This document shows, one piece after another, positions 1 to 9,559 of a stretch of DNA of 37,699 nt. The notes beneath the pieces were generated by a model that did not search any database, had not been told where the DNA came from, and saw only the letters and a program-made list of their open reading frames with translations. The stretch comes from a virus (lineage: Duplodnaviria > Caudoviricetes): the IMG/VR virus record IMGVR_UViG_3300014208_001442, positions 1 to 37,699 of that record, one strand, 5' to 3'. The position numbers were made by a program, and so were the translations under genes. Positions within the stretch are counted from its first letter, which is position 1. Every line of letters starts with the position of its first letter.

Positions 1-89
1 TCAACGTCCCGCGCGCGCTTGGCGATGCGCATCTGGTTGAGCTTGCGCATGCGCTCGCTTATCGACTCCTTTGTTTGTTCCGTCTTCAT
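1..89 (-). CDS. 5' part of a probable next gene overlapping the recombinase 3' end (MKTEQTKESISERMRKLNQMRIAKRARDV...), runs off window
   Basis: ATG at 89 in A-rich TATG context (aaaacaacgtATG) like other starts; frame open to the window edge. Confidence 0.5.
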   Translation of the reverse strand, partial: MKTEQTKESISERMRKLNQMRIAKRARDV

Positions 90-1014
90 ACGTTGTTTTC
101 ATCTTACCACCTCCGAACGCCGCGCGGTAGGATTCCTCGATCTCGTTCTCCTGCGTGTGCAGGTAGACCTGCGTCGTCGCGACCTTCGCGTGTCCGAGCA
201 TCTTGGAGATATGGAGCATGTCGACGCGCCGCTGGTGCGCGAGCGTCGCGAAGCCGTGGCGGAACGAGTGGACGACGAGGTTGCGCGGCAGCCCGATCCG
301 GTCGCGAACGTTCCGGAACGACCGTTGGAGGTTCGCGTCGTCGAGCCTAATCCCAAGATTGTTGTCCGACAGGTTCACGAACAGCGCCTCCTGGGATACC
401 CGCGCGTCGACGAGGATCTGTCGCCGCGCGTCGAGCCATGCGAGCAGCTCCGCGTGCGCGAACTCGTCCCAGTAGATCGGCCGCGTGTGGTTGAGGCGCT
501 TCTCCGTCCTCACCTCGCCGCGCCGGGCCGCGAGGTTCAGATCCGTCACGTTCAGGGAAAGCAGCTCGTTAATCCGCATTCCGGTCGCGTAAAGGAGCGA
601 GAACGCGCACCGTTCCCGCACGCCGGTCGGGACGAACGTGGGAATGGCGCTCATCACGGCGGCGAACTCCTCCTCGCGGAGCGGCGGGAACGACACCTTG
701 TCGCGGATCGGCACCTTCGGGAACAGACGGCTGGGAAACGGCGTCCGATCAAGGTCCTCGTGGTAGCGCCAGAAGGACTTCACTGCGCAGAGGTACTGGT
801 TCCGCGTCCCCGACTTCAGTCCCTGCTCGGTCAGGTACTCGGTGTACGCGATGACGTCGGCGATCACGATTGAGAATACCGGCCGTTTTTCGAGCCAAAC
901 GATGAACCTCCGAAGCCCCCAGCGGAACGAATCGGTTCCCTGCTTCGTCGAAGAGATGGCCAGGTAGCGAATGTACTCATCCGCGAGCCGTTCGTTTTCC
1001 TTGTTGGTAGGCAT
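1..1014 (-). CDS. Tyrosine recombinase/integrase (XerC/XerD-like)
   Basis: Catalytic motifs TGMRINE (R), HSFRH (HxxR), LGH, TTQVY (Y); N-terminal SAM-like core-binding region. Confidence 0.95.
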   Translation of the reverse strand: MPTNKENERLADEYIRYLAISSTKQGTDSFRWGLRRFIVWLEKRPVFSIVIADVIAYTEYLTEQGLKSGTRNQYLCAVKSFWRYHEDLDRTPFPSRLFPKVPIRDKVSFPPLREEEFAAVMSAIPTFVPTGVRERCAFSLLYATGMRINELLSLNVTDLNLAARRGEVRTEKRLNHTRPIYWDEFAHAELLAWLDARRQILVDARVSQEALFVNLSDNNLGIRLDDANLQRSFRNVRDRIGLPRNLVVHSFRHGFATLAHQRRVDMLHISKMLGHAKVATTQVYLHTQENEIEESYRAAFGGGKMKTTYEDGTNKGVDKRAHAQAQPDAHRQARAGR

Positions 1015-1067
1015 ACGGTAGGTTGGAAATATCCTTCCTCCTGTGATATCCTCTTGAGTAAGAGGGC

Positions 1068-1096
1068 ACCCTAGCCGAAGGTAATCCGTTTGTCAA
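1068..1096 (-). promoter_or_regulatory. Putative sigma70-type promoter for recombinase operon
   Basis: Minus strand TTGACA-17 nt-TAGGGT, about 55 nt upstream of the ATG at 1014. Confidence 0.55.
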
Positions 1097-1116
1097 CTAT
1101 TGACAACCGGTTGACA
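1090..1116. promoter_or_regulatory. Clustered palindromes, putative operator for the adjacent HTH protein
   Basis: TTGTCAA-cta-TTGACAA (1090-1106) and CAACCGGTTG (1104-1113) between divergent genes, overlapping the -35 box. Confidence 0.5.
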
Positions 1117-1119
1117 CAT

Positions 1120-1347
1120 ATGATAGACCAATGCCGGACCACGACGGCGGCCGTCCAACGCCTCGACCGCGAGATCACGGCGGCCAAAAAGAAGCTCGGG
1201 CAGCTCCAAACGAAACGCATGCGCTTCGCCGACGAGCGGCGCGAAACCATCACCGCCGCGTTCAAGGACGGCCACAGCATCGCGGACATCGCGCGCGCGT
1301 GCAGCCTGTCCCGGCAGGCAGTGTCGAAAATGGTAAAGCAGGCGTGA
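1120..1347 (+). CDS. Small coiled-coil + helix-turn-helix DNA-binding protein (candidate repressor/regulator)
   Basis: GHSIADIARACSLSRQAVSKMV is a typical HTH; start refined to ATG 1120 (catATG); divergent from the recombinase. Confidence 0.8.
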   Translation: MIDQCRTTTAAVQRLDREITAAKKKLGQLQTKRMRFADERRETITAAFKDGHSIADIARACSLSRQAVSKMVKQA

Positions 1348-1390
1348 GCGCGGAAGATCCGCCCCGGAACTTATTTGTATTGCGGAACCG

Positions 1391-1419
1391 TTGACGGGCC
1401 ACAGCCCCTGCGGTAAAAG
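1391..1419 (+). promoter_or_regulatory. Putative promoter for plus-strand membrane-protein block
   Basis: TTGACG-17 nt-TAAAAG just upstream of ATG 1430; weak -10. Confidence 0.35.
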
Positions 1420-1429
1420 GCCGTAGGCT

Positions 1430-1753
1430 ATGGCAACGTTCAAAAAGACATTGCGTCAACTAAAGAAAGTGAAGGTCGCCGCTTGCCTGAGCTACATGGT
1501 CGGCACGTTGACACTCGGGTACCTCCTCGAACAGCTCGGAGGGCTCGGGAAGCTCTGGTATGTGTTCAGCAGCATCGGTATTCCTATATTCGTGAGCGTC
1601 GCCGACCAGATCAGCAAGACCAAACTAATCGACACATTCAAAGAGGAATGGGGAAACGCGGCACTATCGTTCCACATCAGTGTGATATCAACGTCCCTGC
1701 TAATTGTGTGTGCGGTGAGCAATGAGATATGGAAGAAAGAACCAAGCAAATAG
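1430..1753 (+). CDS. Small multi-pass membrane protein
   Basis: Basic N-terminus and three hydrophobic segments; TATG start. Confidence 0.65.
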   Translation: MATFKKTLRQLKKVKVAACLSYMVGTLTLGYLLEQLGGLGKLWYVFSSIGIPIFVSVADQISKTKLIDTFKEEWGNAALSFHISVISTSLLIVCAVSNEIWKKEPSK

Positions 1754-2388
1754 CGATCAACCTCGCGGTGCTCCTCGGTCTCGGGGTGCTTTCGATTATA
1801 ATTCTCGACAAAACGACAAGCATATTCGAACCCGAAAAGATTGAGATCATCAAGGAGGTTCCGGCTCCCGTCCAAGAACCGGCCGTATCAGAGTTCGTAG
1901 ACTACGATGCCACCAAGGAGATGAAGTCACTTGAAATCCTTTCGGACTTCACGACGTGGACGCCGGACGGAAAGACGCAGGACGACAAAAAGTTCGTCAC
2001 CTTCCTCGTCGACAAGGGTTCGGTTTCCCGCGCATACATCCTCGTCGACGCGTCGCTGGAAGACGGCAAACCGCTCACTGCGTGGGAAAGCGTGTACCTA
2101 ATCCTCAACTACCAGGGTGGCCACCTGTTCCGACCGTTGAGCCTCCCCGTGCCGAAAAGCGACACGACTGTACTGCTCTATGCGATCAACAGTGTTCCCT
2201 ACGTCACGAAGCCCTACTCTGAGCAGAAAACGCCACAGTATATCGACTGGTCTGGACTCTTCAAGCAGAACGCGGAGATCCGGGTCGAGACGTTCATCTC
2301 GTCATACAGCCGACCCGCGAAAATCAACAAGCTGGTGCTTTACTACGAGTGCGCGGATGGACCGGACTCGTGCGATGTAAAATTGTGA
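1729..2388 (+). CDS. Membrane-anchored extracytoplasmic protein, unknown function
   Basis: N-terminal TM (IAINLAVLLGLGVLSIIIL), beta-rich soluble domain, C-terminal Cys pair. Confidence 0.75.
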   Translation: MEERTKQIAINLAVLLGLGVLSIIILDKTTSIFEPEKIEIIKEVPAPVQEPAVSEFVDYDATKEMKSLEILSDFTTWTPDGKTQDDKKFVTFLVDKGSVSRAYILVDASLEDGKPLTAWESVYLILNYQGGHLFRPLSLPVPKSDTTVLLYAINSVPYVTKPYSEQKTPQYIDWSGLFKQNAEIRVETFISSYSRPAKINKLVLYYECADGPDSCDVKL

Positions 2389-2702
2389 TGGCCACTACTC
2401 GAATCTGTATCGTCTCTGTGACTTTGATGTTGCTAGTTGGCGGCGGAATGTTCTATTGGTTCCAATACCGACCGGCACAGATTCGGCATGACTGCTCATG
2501 GATCCACGTACAGCGGGACGAGGTTCCGGCGATTCCTCCGGATCCGACCGTGTGCAACCAGACGACGACGGTCGGAGGATTGGACCTGACCCCATTTCCA
2601 AGCAAAAAATGTTCGGGATCCCCCGGCAAAGCATCCGAGGATTATTGGACCGCCGCCGACGAGGATGAGTATAAATTTTGCCTTCACGACAAAGGGCTTT
2701 AA
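2388..2702 (+). CDS. Membrane-anchored Cys-containing protein
   Basis: TGATG coupling with upstream stop; TM ICIVSVTLMLLVGGGMFYWF followed by four Cys. Confidence 0.7.
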   Translation: MATTRICIVSVTLMLLVGGGMFYWFQYRPAQIRHDCSWIHVQRDEVPAIPPDPTVCNQTTTVGGLDLTPFPSKKCSGSPGKASEDYWTAADEDEYKFCLHDKGL

Positions 2703-2711
2703 TTATCAAAT

Positions 2712-2879
2712 ATGAAATTTCTCAAAAATTTGAGCCTGGTGTTCTGCATTCTTATTGCGATTACCGCCTGTGTATCGGTCGCCGTATTTGCATATGACGC
2801 GGTGGTTCCTTCAAATCAAAATGCACAGTCGGGCGACCAACCGTGCATTCCAAATTGGACTGAGAGCAACTGCCCCTAG
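2712..2879 (+). CDS. 55-aa membrane-anchored peptide (not in ORF track)
   Basis: MKFLKNLSLVFCILIAITACVSVAVFAYDAVVPSNQNAQSGDQPCIPNWTESNCP*; aaatATG start; fills the gap before the convergent gene. Confidence 0.65.
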   Translation: MKFLKNLSLVFCILIAITACVSVAVFAYDAVVPSNQNAQSGDQPCIPNWTESNCP

Positions 2880-2884
2880 TTTTT

Positions 2885-5119
2885 CTACGTTCGATATTTG
2901 AAGTGGTACGTCCTGAAGACCTCATCGACGATCTCCGCGTCCAGATCGTTGAGAAGCTCCAGTTTCTTGTCATCAGTGAGTTTTGTGTACGCGCGGCTGT
3001 CGATTGTCTTGATCAATTCCTTTCTTAGTTTCTCCCCGTACTGCTTTTGTGCCTCATCGTATTTTTCTGGCCCCACTTTTTCCGCGAATTGGGCCAGTTT
3101 TTTGCTTGATGTCTTGTCCCAGTCGGTGAAATTTAACGCCTTGTCGTTTGCCTCGATCAGTCGGTCGACCTCCTTCGTAATTTCATTCTCACGGTCAGTC
3201 CGAACCCGCGAGCCAAACAGAATCGTGACGAGTGGGTTTTCGGTTTTTAAGTCATTGCCGAACACGTCCTGCTTGACTGGAAGCCCCTGGCGAAGCAACG
3301 GAATGCGCGCACGGATACCTGCCGTGCCCTGCCCCGTCTCGCGCTGATATTGGTCCGTGGCTTTTGCGATGTCGCCGATGAAGCTTGGTACGAGACGGCT
3401 GAACAGTTGCTCAAGCGCATAATTTTGCGCGGAGCCGACCATCTCGTCGAACGACTGGCCCTTGTTGTACTGAGCCTCCTTGATGATATCGATGGCATCG
3501 GAAATACCTGGAAGATTGAGCACGCCAGACCACACCCCTTTGCCATATTGGAACGCGCGTTCCTGCGGCGTGGATCCATTCTGCTTCGCGTACATCATCG
3601 CCGTGACAGGGATCGAGAGTGGGCCGAGCCAGTCGGTGCTAATCCACTTGCCACCGATCCGAATTGCGTTGTAGTTGGATCCGCGCAGTTCCTCGTACTG
3701 GGCGCGGCGCGGGTCGTATGCACCCACGAAATCGTCGTCGTCGAGATTTGCTGCGATTACCGCCGCGCCGACCAGACCAATTCCGGCGCGAACAAGATCG
3801 CGAGAAATTCCCCGCACGAACTTTTCCGTTCCAAACTCCCCGCTCTTAATCGCGTCCACTGTCTTAACAACCACCTTGACTGCCGCCCCAACACCGGAAT
3901 AGTCCACCCCGGTAGCGATCACGTTTGCCGGGGTTTTTACGAACGGCATAACGTAATCCCCGACGCGCGCATCCCCCGTAAGATCGTTCAAAAGCTTTCG
4001 AATGCCCAACGCGAGCTGAGACGCCCACGTCTTGTCGGTCCACGTTGCAACCTGTGCGTCGAGGATCGCCTGCGCGCGCAGAAGCTCCCCCTCGTCGGTC
4101 TGGGGCTTTATCCGCATCGCGTCGCGCATCAGCTGGCGCGCGACGGCTGCGTCCCCGCTAGAAGCCTTGAGTGCGTGTACGTTCACGCTGTCGGCGAAAT
4201 GTGCGGCGGCAAATACGGCGTCTGGAGCGCCCATCATCTGCTTGAAAACAACATCCTCGAACAGCCGTCCTACACGACGAATATTTCCCGGGCCTTGCGC
4301 GCTGACGGTACTGTCCAGCACGCGACCGCCGGATCCCCCGGCGTCAGCCAATGTGACCATGCGCGAAATGTCGAACCCGGTCTCCTGGTACACGCGGTTG
4401 GCGAATTTCACGTACTCCACCGCCATCGCGTTGTCCGCGCCCTTGAAGGAAAAATCAGCGATGCGCCGCGAAAGCGCCTCGGTAAACCCAACCTCGATGT
4501 TCGACCCGATGTTGAGAAGCGGTGATTTTACCGACGCGAGCATCATGCCGCGACCGATCGTCCCGGTCAGAACCTTCAGGTTGCTGGCCGGGACGCGCGA
4601 CGCGATGTAGTCGTCCATCTCCCTTTTCGCCTTCAGGAAAGCGATATTTTCGTCGGCCATTTCCGGATTCCCCAGGTCCTCTCCAAGTTTCGCCTGCGCT
4701 TCCTGAATGACGGTCGCCCTCTCACTGATCTCCCTCGCCTCCTCCGCGCTGACGGTAATTCCGAGTTTTTCTGAAACGAGATCCTCCAAAAATGCCCGTT
4801 CGCTCGTTGGATCCAGTATGCCCAGGTCATCGAGCGCGTTGATTTTGTCCAAGACCGACTTGAACACGGGCATTTCCTGAGCCTTCGGCGTGAAGACGCT
4901 CTTCGCCCAGTCGAGCATCGCGTCCTTCTGGCTTGAGGCCAATGCCGCCTCGAACTTGGAATTGATGAACCGTCCGAGCTCGGGATCCGTCTTCTCCGCG
5001 AAGAATGCCCGGCGTTCCTCCGAGGACATTTCCGTCAGCTTTTGGAGATCGACCGCACCACTCAACGCCGACTCCTTGAGCGTCTTGAGAAGGTTTTTCG
5101 GAATGCAGAAAATGGCCAT
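2885..5119 (-). CDS. Large helical virion/ejection (internal core-like) protein
   Basis: 744 aa, end of structural operon; PFVKTPANVI and YNAIRIGGKWISTDWLGPL segments resemble C-terminal regions of podophage DNA-ejection/large polyvalent proteins. Confidence 0.6.
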   Translation of the reverse strand: MAIFCIPKNLLKTLKESALSGAVDLQKLTEMSSEERRAFFAEKTDPELGRFINSKFEAALASSQKDAMLDWAKSVFTPKAQEMPVFKSVLDKINALDDLGILDPTSERAFLEDLVSEKLGITVSAEEAREISERATVIQEAQAKLGEDLGNPEMADENIAFLKAKREMDDYIASRVPASNLKVLTGTIGRGMMLASVKSPLLNIGSNIEVGFTEALSRRIADFSFKGADNAMAVEYVKFANRVYQETGFDISRMVTLADAGGSGGRVLDSTVSAQGPGNIRRVGRLFEDVVFKQMMGAPDAVFAAAHFADSVNVHALKASSGDAAVARQLMRDAMRIKPQTDEGELLRAQAILDAQVATWTDKTWASQLALGIRKLLNDLTGDARVGDYVMPFVKTPANVIATGVDYSGVGAAVKVVVKTVDAIKSGEFGTEKFVRGISRDLVRAGIGLVGAAVIAANLDDDDFVGAYDPRRAQYEELRGSNYNAIRIGGKWISTDWLGPLSIPVTAMMYAKQNGSTPQERAFQYGKGVWSGVLNLPGISDAIDIIKEAQYNKGQSFDEMVGSAQNYALEQLFSRLVPSFIGDIAKATDQYQRETGQGTAGIRARIPLLRQGLPVKQDVFGNDLKTENPLVTILFGSRVRTDRENEITKEVDRLIEANDKALNFTDWDKTSSKKLAQFAEKVGPEKYDEAQKQYGEKLRKELIKTIDSRAYTKLTDDKKLELLNDLDAEIVDEVFRTYHFKYRT

Positions 5120-5123
5120 AGGT

Positions 5124-7487
5124 TTAGGCGCAAGCCAGGCTATCGATCAATTTTTGAGCGGCCTCCACGTCAAAGCGCTTCATCCGGTTTTTTTTCATCG
5201 CCGCCTGCGCTTCCTTCACGTCCGCGTCGATTTTCGCCATTGCCTTTTTTTGCGGGGTGGAATCCGGCTTGAACCGCTGGATACCCCTCATGAACTCCTC
5301 GCCGAGGGCCGCCATCCGCTCGCTGATCAGCTCCTTGACGTACCGCGCTGCGCTGTTCTCCGTGACACTTCCCTTCTCGGCCACGATCTCCTGGCCGCGC
5401 CGCGTCTGCGCAAGGCTGCGGGCCTTCGTAAGCTGGGCAAATAGGGCGGTATTTCCCGACTCCAGCGCCGCCTCCGCAAGCGCGATGTTCACGGACGTGG
5501 AGGTTTGGCCGGCCACGGTCTCCAATCCCATCGCCACACGATAGGCCTTTTGCTTATCAGACCCCACGAGATCAACGGCCTTCCGTGTGTCCTCCTTCAG
5601 ATTGATCGCGTTGTACGAGACGTCACCGGGCAGCTCCTGCGGCATCTCGGACTTCAGTCGCGCGTAAACACGGCTTTGGCGAGGGTTTTCTGGATCAATG
5701 GACGAGGCCGTGTCCAGCCCTGCCACGGTTGCTTCATTTTCTTTCGGTCCCGTCTCCCGTCGGAGGGTATCCGTCGGCACGGCCTCCTCCGCTATACTCT
5801 TGACGGTGGATCTAATTTCCTCGGCGCGCGTCGCCGAAACGATCTTTGCCACCTCGGTAGCAATGCGTTGCAGCACGGCTGCATCCGGCGCTTCAGGATT
5901 TTTTTGACGCTGGCGATTGGCATAGTTCAATACCTCGCGACGCGCCCTCTCTATGGCCGTCTCAGCGGAATCAGAAAGCGGGTTGACCGAGTATTCGGAC
6001 TGTATCCCGTTCTTCGGCGTTAAGACCTTGTAAGCGTAACCGAATTTTCCGTCCTCGTACTCCACAATCCTGATTGTCGCCACTTCATCGACCGCTATCA
6101 CCTCCCGCTCGTTTCGGGTGTAAAAGTCGTCCAAGGTCTGCTGCGCGCGCACGACGCTTTCCACGTTGGCGGAACGATTTCCGATTGAGGATGCCACGGT
6201 TTCGCGGGCGTCCACAACCGGCGTGCTTACCCTTATGGAATAGCCCTGGGCGAGCTTTTCCGGTTTCGTGGAATTTTCCCGAAGGAAGTTGCGCTCGGCC
6301 CGTTCGACGGAGGTAAGCATGGAGTAATTTGCCCGTTCGTCCAGCTCCTGCAGGCGTGCCTTTGCCGTCGATACCGTGGCCTCGTTCGCGGGCGCGGGCT
6401 TCAGGTTTCCGGACCGGGTGGATGCCTGCGGCTGCACGGCCTTGCTGCGCACCTTGTTGATCGAATCGACGAACGTGCTCATGCCGCCGCCGACCAGCGA
6501 CCCTCCGGCGAACGAGGTGACGTTGCGACCGGCGATTTCGTCCCAGTCGAGCTTCTTCCCGAGCACGGTTTCCGCTGCGACCTGCAGATCTTCCTGAATA
6601 ACTTCCTGCACGCCCTCCTTCGTCGCGGTTTTTAAACCCCCGAACAAGACGCCCCCGAACGACTTGGCAAGGTTCTCCTTGAGGACCGAGGTAAGATTTC
6701 CAGGCGTCTTTGAATCGATGAAACCGATCAGAAGTCCCGCCGTCAGCGCGACGGCATCGGACGTTCCCTCATCGACCCCGTTCTCACGGCCGATCCGCTT
6801 CATCTCGCCGACTGTCGGGGCCGTCGCCAGCAATAGGCCGGCCGGGGCGTTAAGCAGGATGGGAACCATGCTCCCGACGCCCTGCGACGAAAGCATGAAC
6901 GCGGTTTCCTTCAGATTTTCCGGCTTGAAACGGTCTTGCCACGACGCCTCCTGCCAGGACTTGCTCGGTGCGACATAATCGTTTGAACTCACCGTGCCGG
7001 CGAGCTTCTGCGCGTCCCCGATTGGTTTGTCCGAAACTTTCTGGATAACGCTCTTCACCGTTTTGTCGAATTTGCTGGACAGCGGATCCGTAACCTTCGA
7101 CGCAGGAAAACCAGCCGCGCCTGCGCCGGCATTCGCCGCAGTTTCCAACGTCTTGTTGAAAATGAAGTTCGAAAGATTACCACCACCTCGCAGAAGCTCG
7201 CCCGCATACCGGCTGGCGTAGTCCGTGACGACCGGAACAGTTTCAGCGATGCTGGTGAGAATCGTGGATCCCACGTTTGCAGCCCATCGCCCAAAACTGA
7301 GGGGCTTCTTCTCCACGGTTTTGGCTGCGGACACACGCGGTGACGTCGAAGCAGCCGTGTCCGCCGAAGCAGGCCTCTTCGCGGAGGCGTTGGCGGCGGC
7401 CCATCCGCCGGACTGAGCGCCGGACGGCACGACGGTCTGGACGGGTTTCGCCCCAGCAGATTTGTTCAGTTCATCCCAAGAGGACAT
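5124..7487 (-). CDS. Large Ala/Gly-rich probable ejection protein
   Basis: 787 aa; hydrophobic Gly-rich helices and EGVQEVIQE motif typical of podophage internal proteins; position. Confidence 0.55.
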   Translation of the reverse strand: MSSWDELNKSAGAKPVQTVVPSGAQSGGWAAANASAKRPASADTAASTSPRVSAAKTVEKKPLSFGRWAANVGSTILTSIAETVPVVTDYASRYAGELLRGGGNLSNFIFNKTLETAANAGAGAAGFPASKVTDPLSSKFDKTVKSVIQKVSDKPIGDAQKLAGTVSSNDYVAPSKSWQEASWQDRFKPENLKETAFMLSSQGVGSMVPILLNAPAGLLLATAPTVGEMKRIGRENGVDEGTSDAVALTAGLLIGFIDSKTPGNLTSVLKENLAKSFGGVLFGGLKTATKEGVQEVIQEDLQVAAETVLGKKLDWDEIAGRNVTSFAGGSLVGGGMSTFVDSINKVRSKAVQPQASTRSGNLKPAPANEATVSTAKARLQELDERANYSMLTSVERAERNFLRENSTKPEKLAQGYSIRVSTPVVDARETVASSIGNRSANVESVVRAQQTLDDFYTRNEREVIAVDEVATIRIVEYEDGKFGYAYKVLTPKNGIQSEYSVNPLSDSAETAIERARREVLNYANRQRQKNPEAPDAAVLQRIATEVAKIVSATRAEEIRSTVKSIAEEAVPTDTLRRETGPKENEATVAGLDTASSIDPENPRQSRVYARLKSEMPQELPGDVSYNAINLKEDTRKAVDLVGSDKQKAYRVAMGLETVAGQTSTSVNIALAEAALESGNTALFAQLTKARSLAQTRRGQEIVAEKGSVTENSAARYVKELISERMAALGEEFMRGIQRFKPDSTPQKKAMAKIDADVKEAQAAMKKNRMKRFDVEAAQKLIDSLACA

Positions 7488-7496
7488 AGGTATTTT

Positions 7497-9497
7497 TTAT
7501 TCAGTAGCCGCGCGTCCGACGAATTTTTGCGTCTTAGCGTCGTATCCTCCGCCAAGCATCTGGTCGATAAGTTCGTTGGATGCGTTGGGATACAGGATGT
7601 GCAGGGAGTCCCAGGCCGCGCCCCATTTAATGTCGCCGTCGTCCAGCTTCTGGACGAATGCCGCCGCGTCGTTGCGGAACTTTGCAATTTCCTTGTCTTC
7701 GTCCGTGGGTCCGGTGCTTCCGCCGCTTCCGCTACCGGCCACGCGATTTCTGATTCCCGTCGCGAACGTCTGCTGCGAACCGTCCTTGTAAATAACGGAG
7801 ACCGTAGAGTCGTCATCGCTGTTGATCGTCGTAAGAATTTCCTTGTTTGAGCTCGACGCGGCCACCATCTTGAAGAAATCCGCGCCGAGACCGGACTCGA
7901 CCCCCAGTCTCGTGAGCGTGGCCTGCTGCCCCGGGGAAAGCAGGTCGAAAGTCTGGTTGTTCGACGCCATCGAGTTGACCATGATCTGGGCGTTCGCGCG
8001 CGCGTTGTCCAAGGCACGTTGCTCCTCGGACTTGTTCGCCTCCTCGATGCCCTTCGCCGCGTTGAAGAGCGAGATGTTCTGCGCGAACTGCTTGTCGTAC
8101 GCCGCGCTGGCGTTGGCGTAGTCGGTCGCATCCGCCTTCATCAGAGTGTCGATGATCCCGTATTTCGTCTGGAGCAGGTTCGACGCGGCGGTGAGCTGGC
8201 GGTTCAGGGCGTCGATGCGCTCGTTCTCCTGCCGCTCGGCCTCCCCGATGCGTCCCGATATCACGTTGGTCGCCACGGCCTTTCCGCGCTCGGCGGCGAC
8301 GCGGGCGCGCTTGTTCGCCTCCACCTCGGCGAGCTGCGCCTGTAGGTCGTTTACCTGCGACTCAAGGTCCGTGACGCCGTATTCCGCGCGACGGTCCTCA
8401 AGCGCGGCTGAGGTGTCGGGAACCGTCGGGGCGGCCGTATCCGGGGTCACGGACTTCTCGATCTCAGCCATGATGTCCTCGACGGTCCTGCGGGTCGTGG
8501 GCGCGTCCGAGGTCGTCTTGGAGGCGATGTCGGCATCCTGGTCGCTGTTGATCGCGGCATTCGCGGCCTCTGCCGTGAGGATGCCGGACAGGTCCGAACC
8601 TCCGCCGGCTCCCGCTGCTGCGGCTTTTCCGGGGAGAGTCAGCGTCTTTCCGGCATAGATCTGGTTCGGGTTCGTGATCTGCGGGTTCAGTCGCATCAGC
8701 TCGGCTACCGTCGTCCCGTTCGCGAGCGCGAGCGCGGAGAGCGTGTCGCCGGACTTAATGACGTAGGATTCGCCGGGACTGACCGGGGCAGCCTTGCCGG
8801 ACTCCACGGTGGCGTTCGCGGCGTTTTGGGCTGCCGTCGGAACGGCCGTGTTCTGCGGCGTCGACACGGAACCTCCCGCCACGTTGGTTGCGACTCCGGC
8901 GTTTCGCTCGATGGTCGCCTGTCTCTCGGCGGCGGCGCTCATTCGCTGGTCGCGGGTGAGGTCAGCGGTCGGAATCACGTCGCCGGACGCGAGCTTGGTC
9001 GTGCCTCCGGAAGTGGCGTATCCGCCGGCGGCGAGGTCGGCATTCTTCTTGGCGGCCTCGGAGGTCATGCCGGCGGCCCTCGCCTCAAGCGCTGCGCGCT
9101 CGGCGGGCGTTCCCGTGAAGTTCGAGAAGTCGGTCAGGTTGGCCGCGTTCGATTCGAGGTTCGCGGCCTTCGCGGCATCCTCCGCCGCCGCGCCGGCGGA
9201 ACGGGAGAACATCCGGTCCGCCTTGTGCTTCTGCGCGGCACCCGTGATCCACGAGTACGCCTTGTCCAGCTCCTTCTCGGCCAGGTCGGTGCCGTGGTTG
9301 TCCAGGCGCGACGACTTGCCCGCGATCCGCTCGTCGTAAGAGTCGAGCTGCGCGATCGCGGTGTTCGCCCATCCCTGCAGGACGCTGTTGTTCGCCAGTG
9401 AAGAAACCTCGCCGGACAAAATTTTCTTTGCGGCCTCGCGGATGGCGGTCGGGTCCTTCTTGATCGACGAAAGATATTGTTTGAGGTCAAGTGCCAT
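7497..9497 (-). CDS. LysM-domain coiled-coil virion protein
   Basis: Clear LysM: YVIKSGDTLSALALANGTTVAELMRLNPQITNPNQIYAGKTLTLP; long coiled coil downstream. Confidence 0.8.
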   Translation of the reverse strand: MALDLKQYLSSIKKDPTAIREAAKKILSGEVSSLANNSVLQGWANTAIAQLDSYDERIAGKSSRLDNHGTDLAEKELDKAYSWITGAAQKHKADRMFSRSAGAAAEDAAKAANLESNAANLTDFSNFTGTPAERAALEARAAGMTSEAAKKNADLAAGGYATSGGTTKLASGDVIPTADLTRDQRMSAAAERQATIERNAGVATNVAGGSVSTPQNTAVPTAAQNAANATVESGKAAPVSPGESYVIKSGDTLSALALANGTTVAELMRLNPQITNPNQIYAGKTLTLPGKAAAAGAGGGSDLSGILTAEAANAAINSDQDADIASKTTSDAPTTRRTVEDIMAEIEKSVTPDTAAPTVPDTSAALEDRRAEYGVTDLESQVNDLQAQLAEVEANKRARVAAERGKAVATNVISGRIGEAERQENERIDALNRQLTAASNLLQTKYGIIDTLMKADATDYANASAAYDKQFAQNISLFNAAKGIEEANKSEEQRALDNARANAQIMVNSMASNNQTFDLLSPGQQATLTRLGVESGLGADFFKMVAASSSNKEILTTINSDDDSTVSVIYKDGSQQTFATGIRNRVAGSGSGGSTGPTDEDKEIAKFRNDAAAFVQKLDDGDIKWGAAWDSLHILYPNASNELIDQMLGGGYDAKTQKFVGRAATE

Positions 9498-9559
9498 ATA
9501 TGGGGTTAACCAGTTACCATGATTTCAGGATCATCTCGTCGATCGCGAAGGAAAGGTCG

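Noticed and set aside
1015-1067. attP/att core near the recombinase
   Set aside because: Only a short hairpin (CCTCTT-gagt-AAGAGG) is visible; no tRNA-end duplication or direct repeat found within the window
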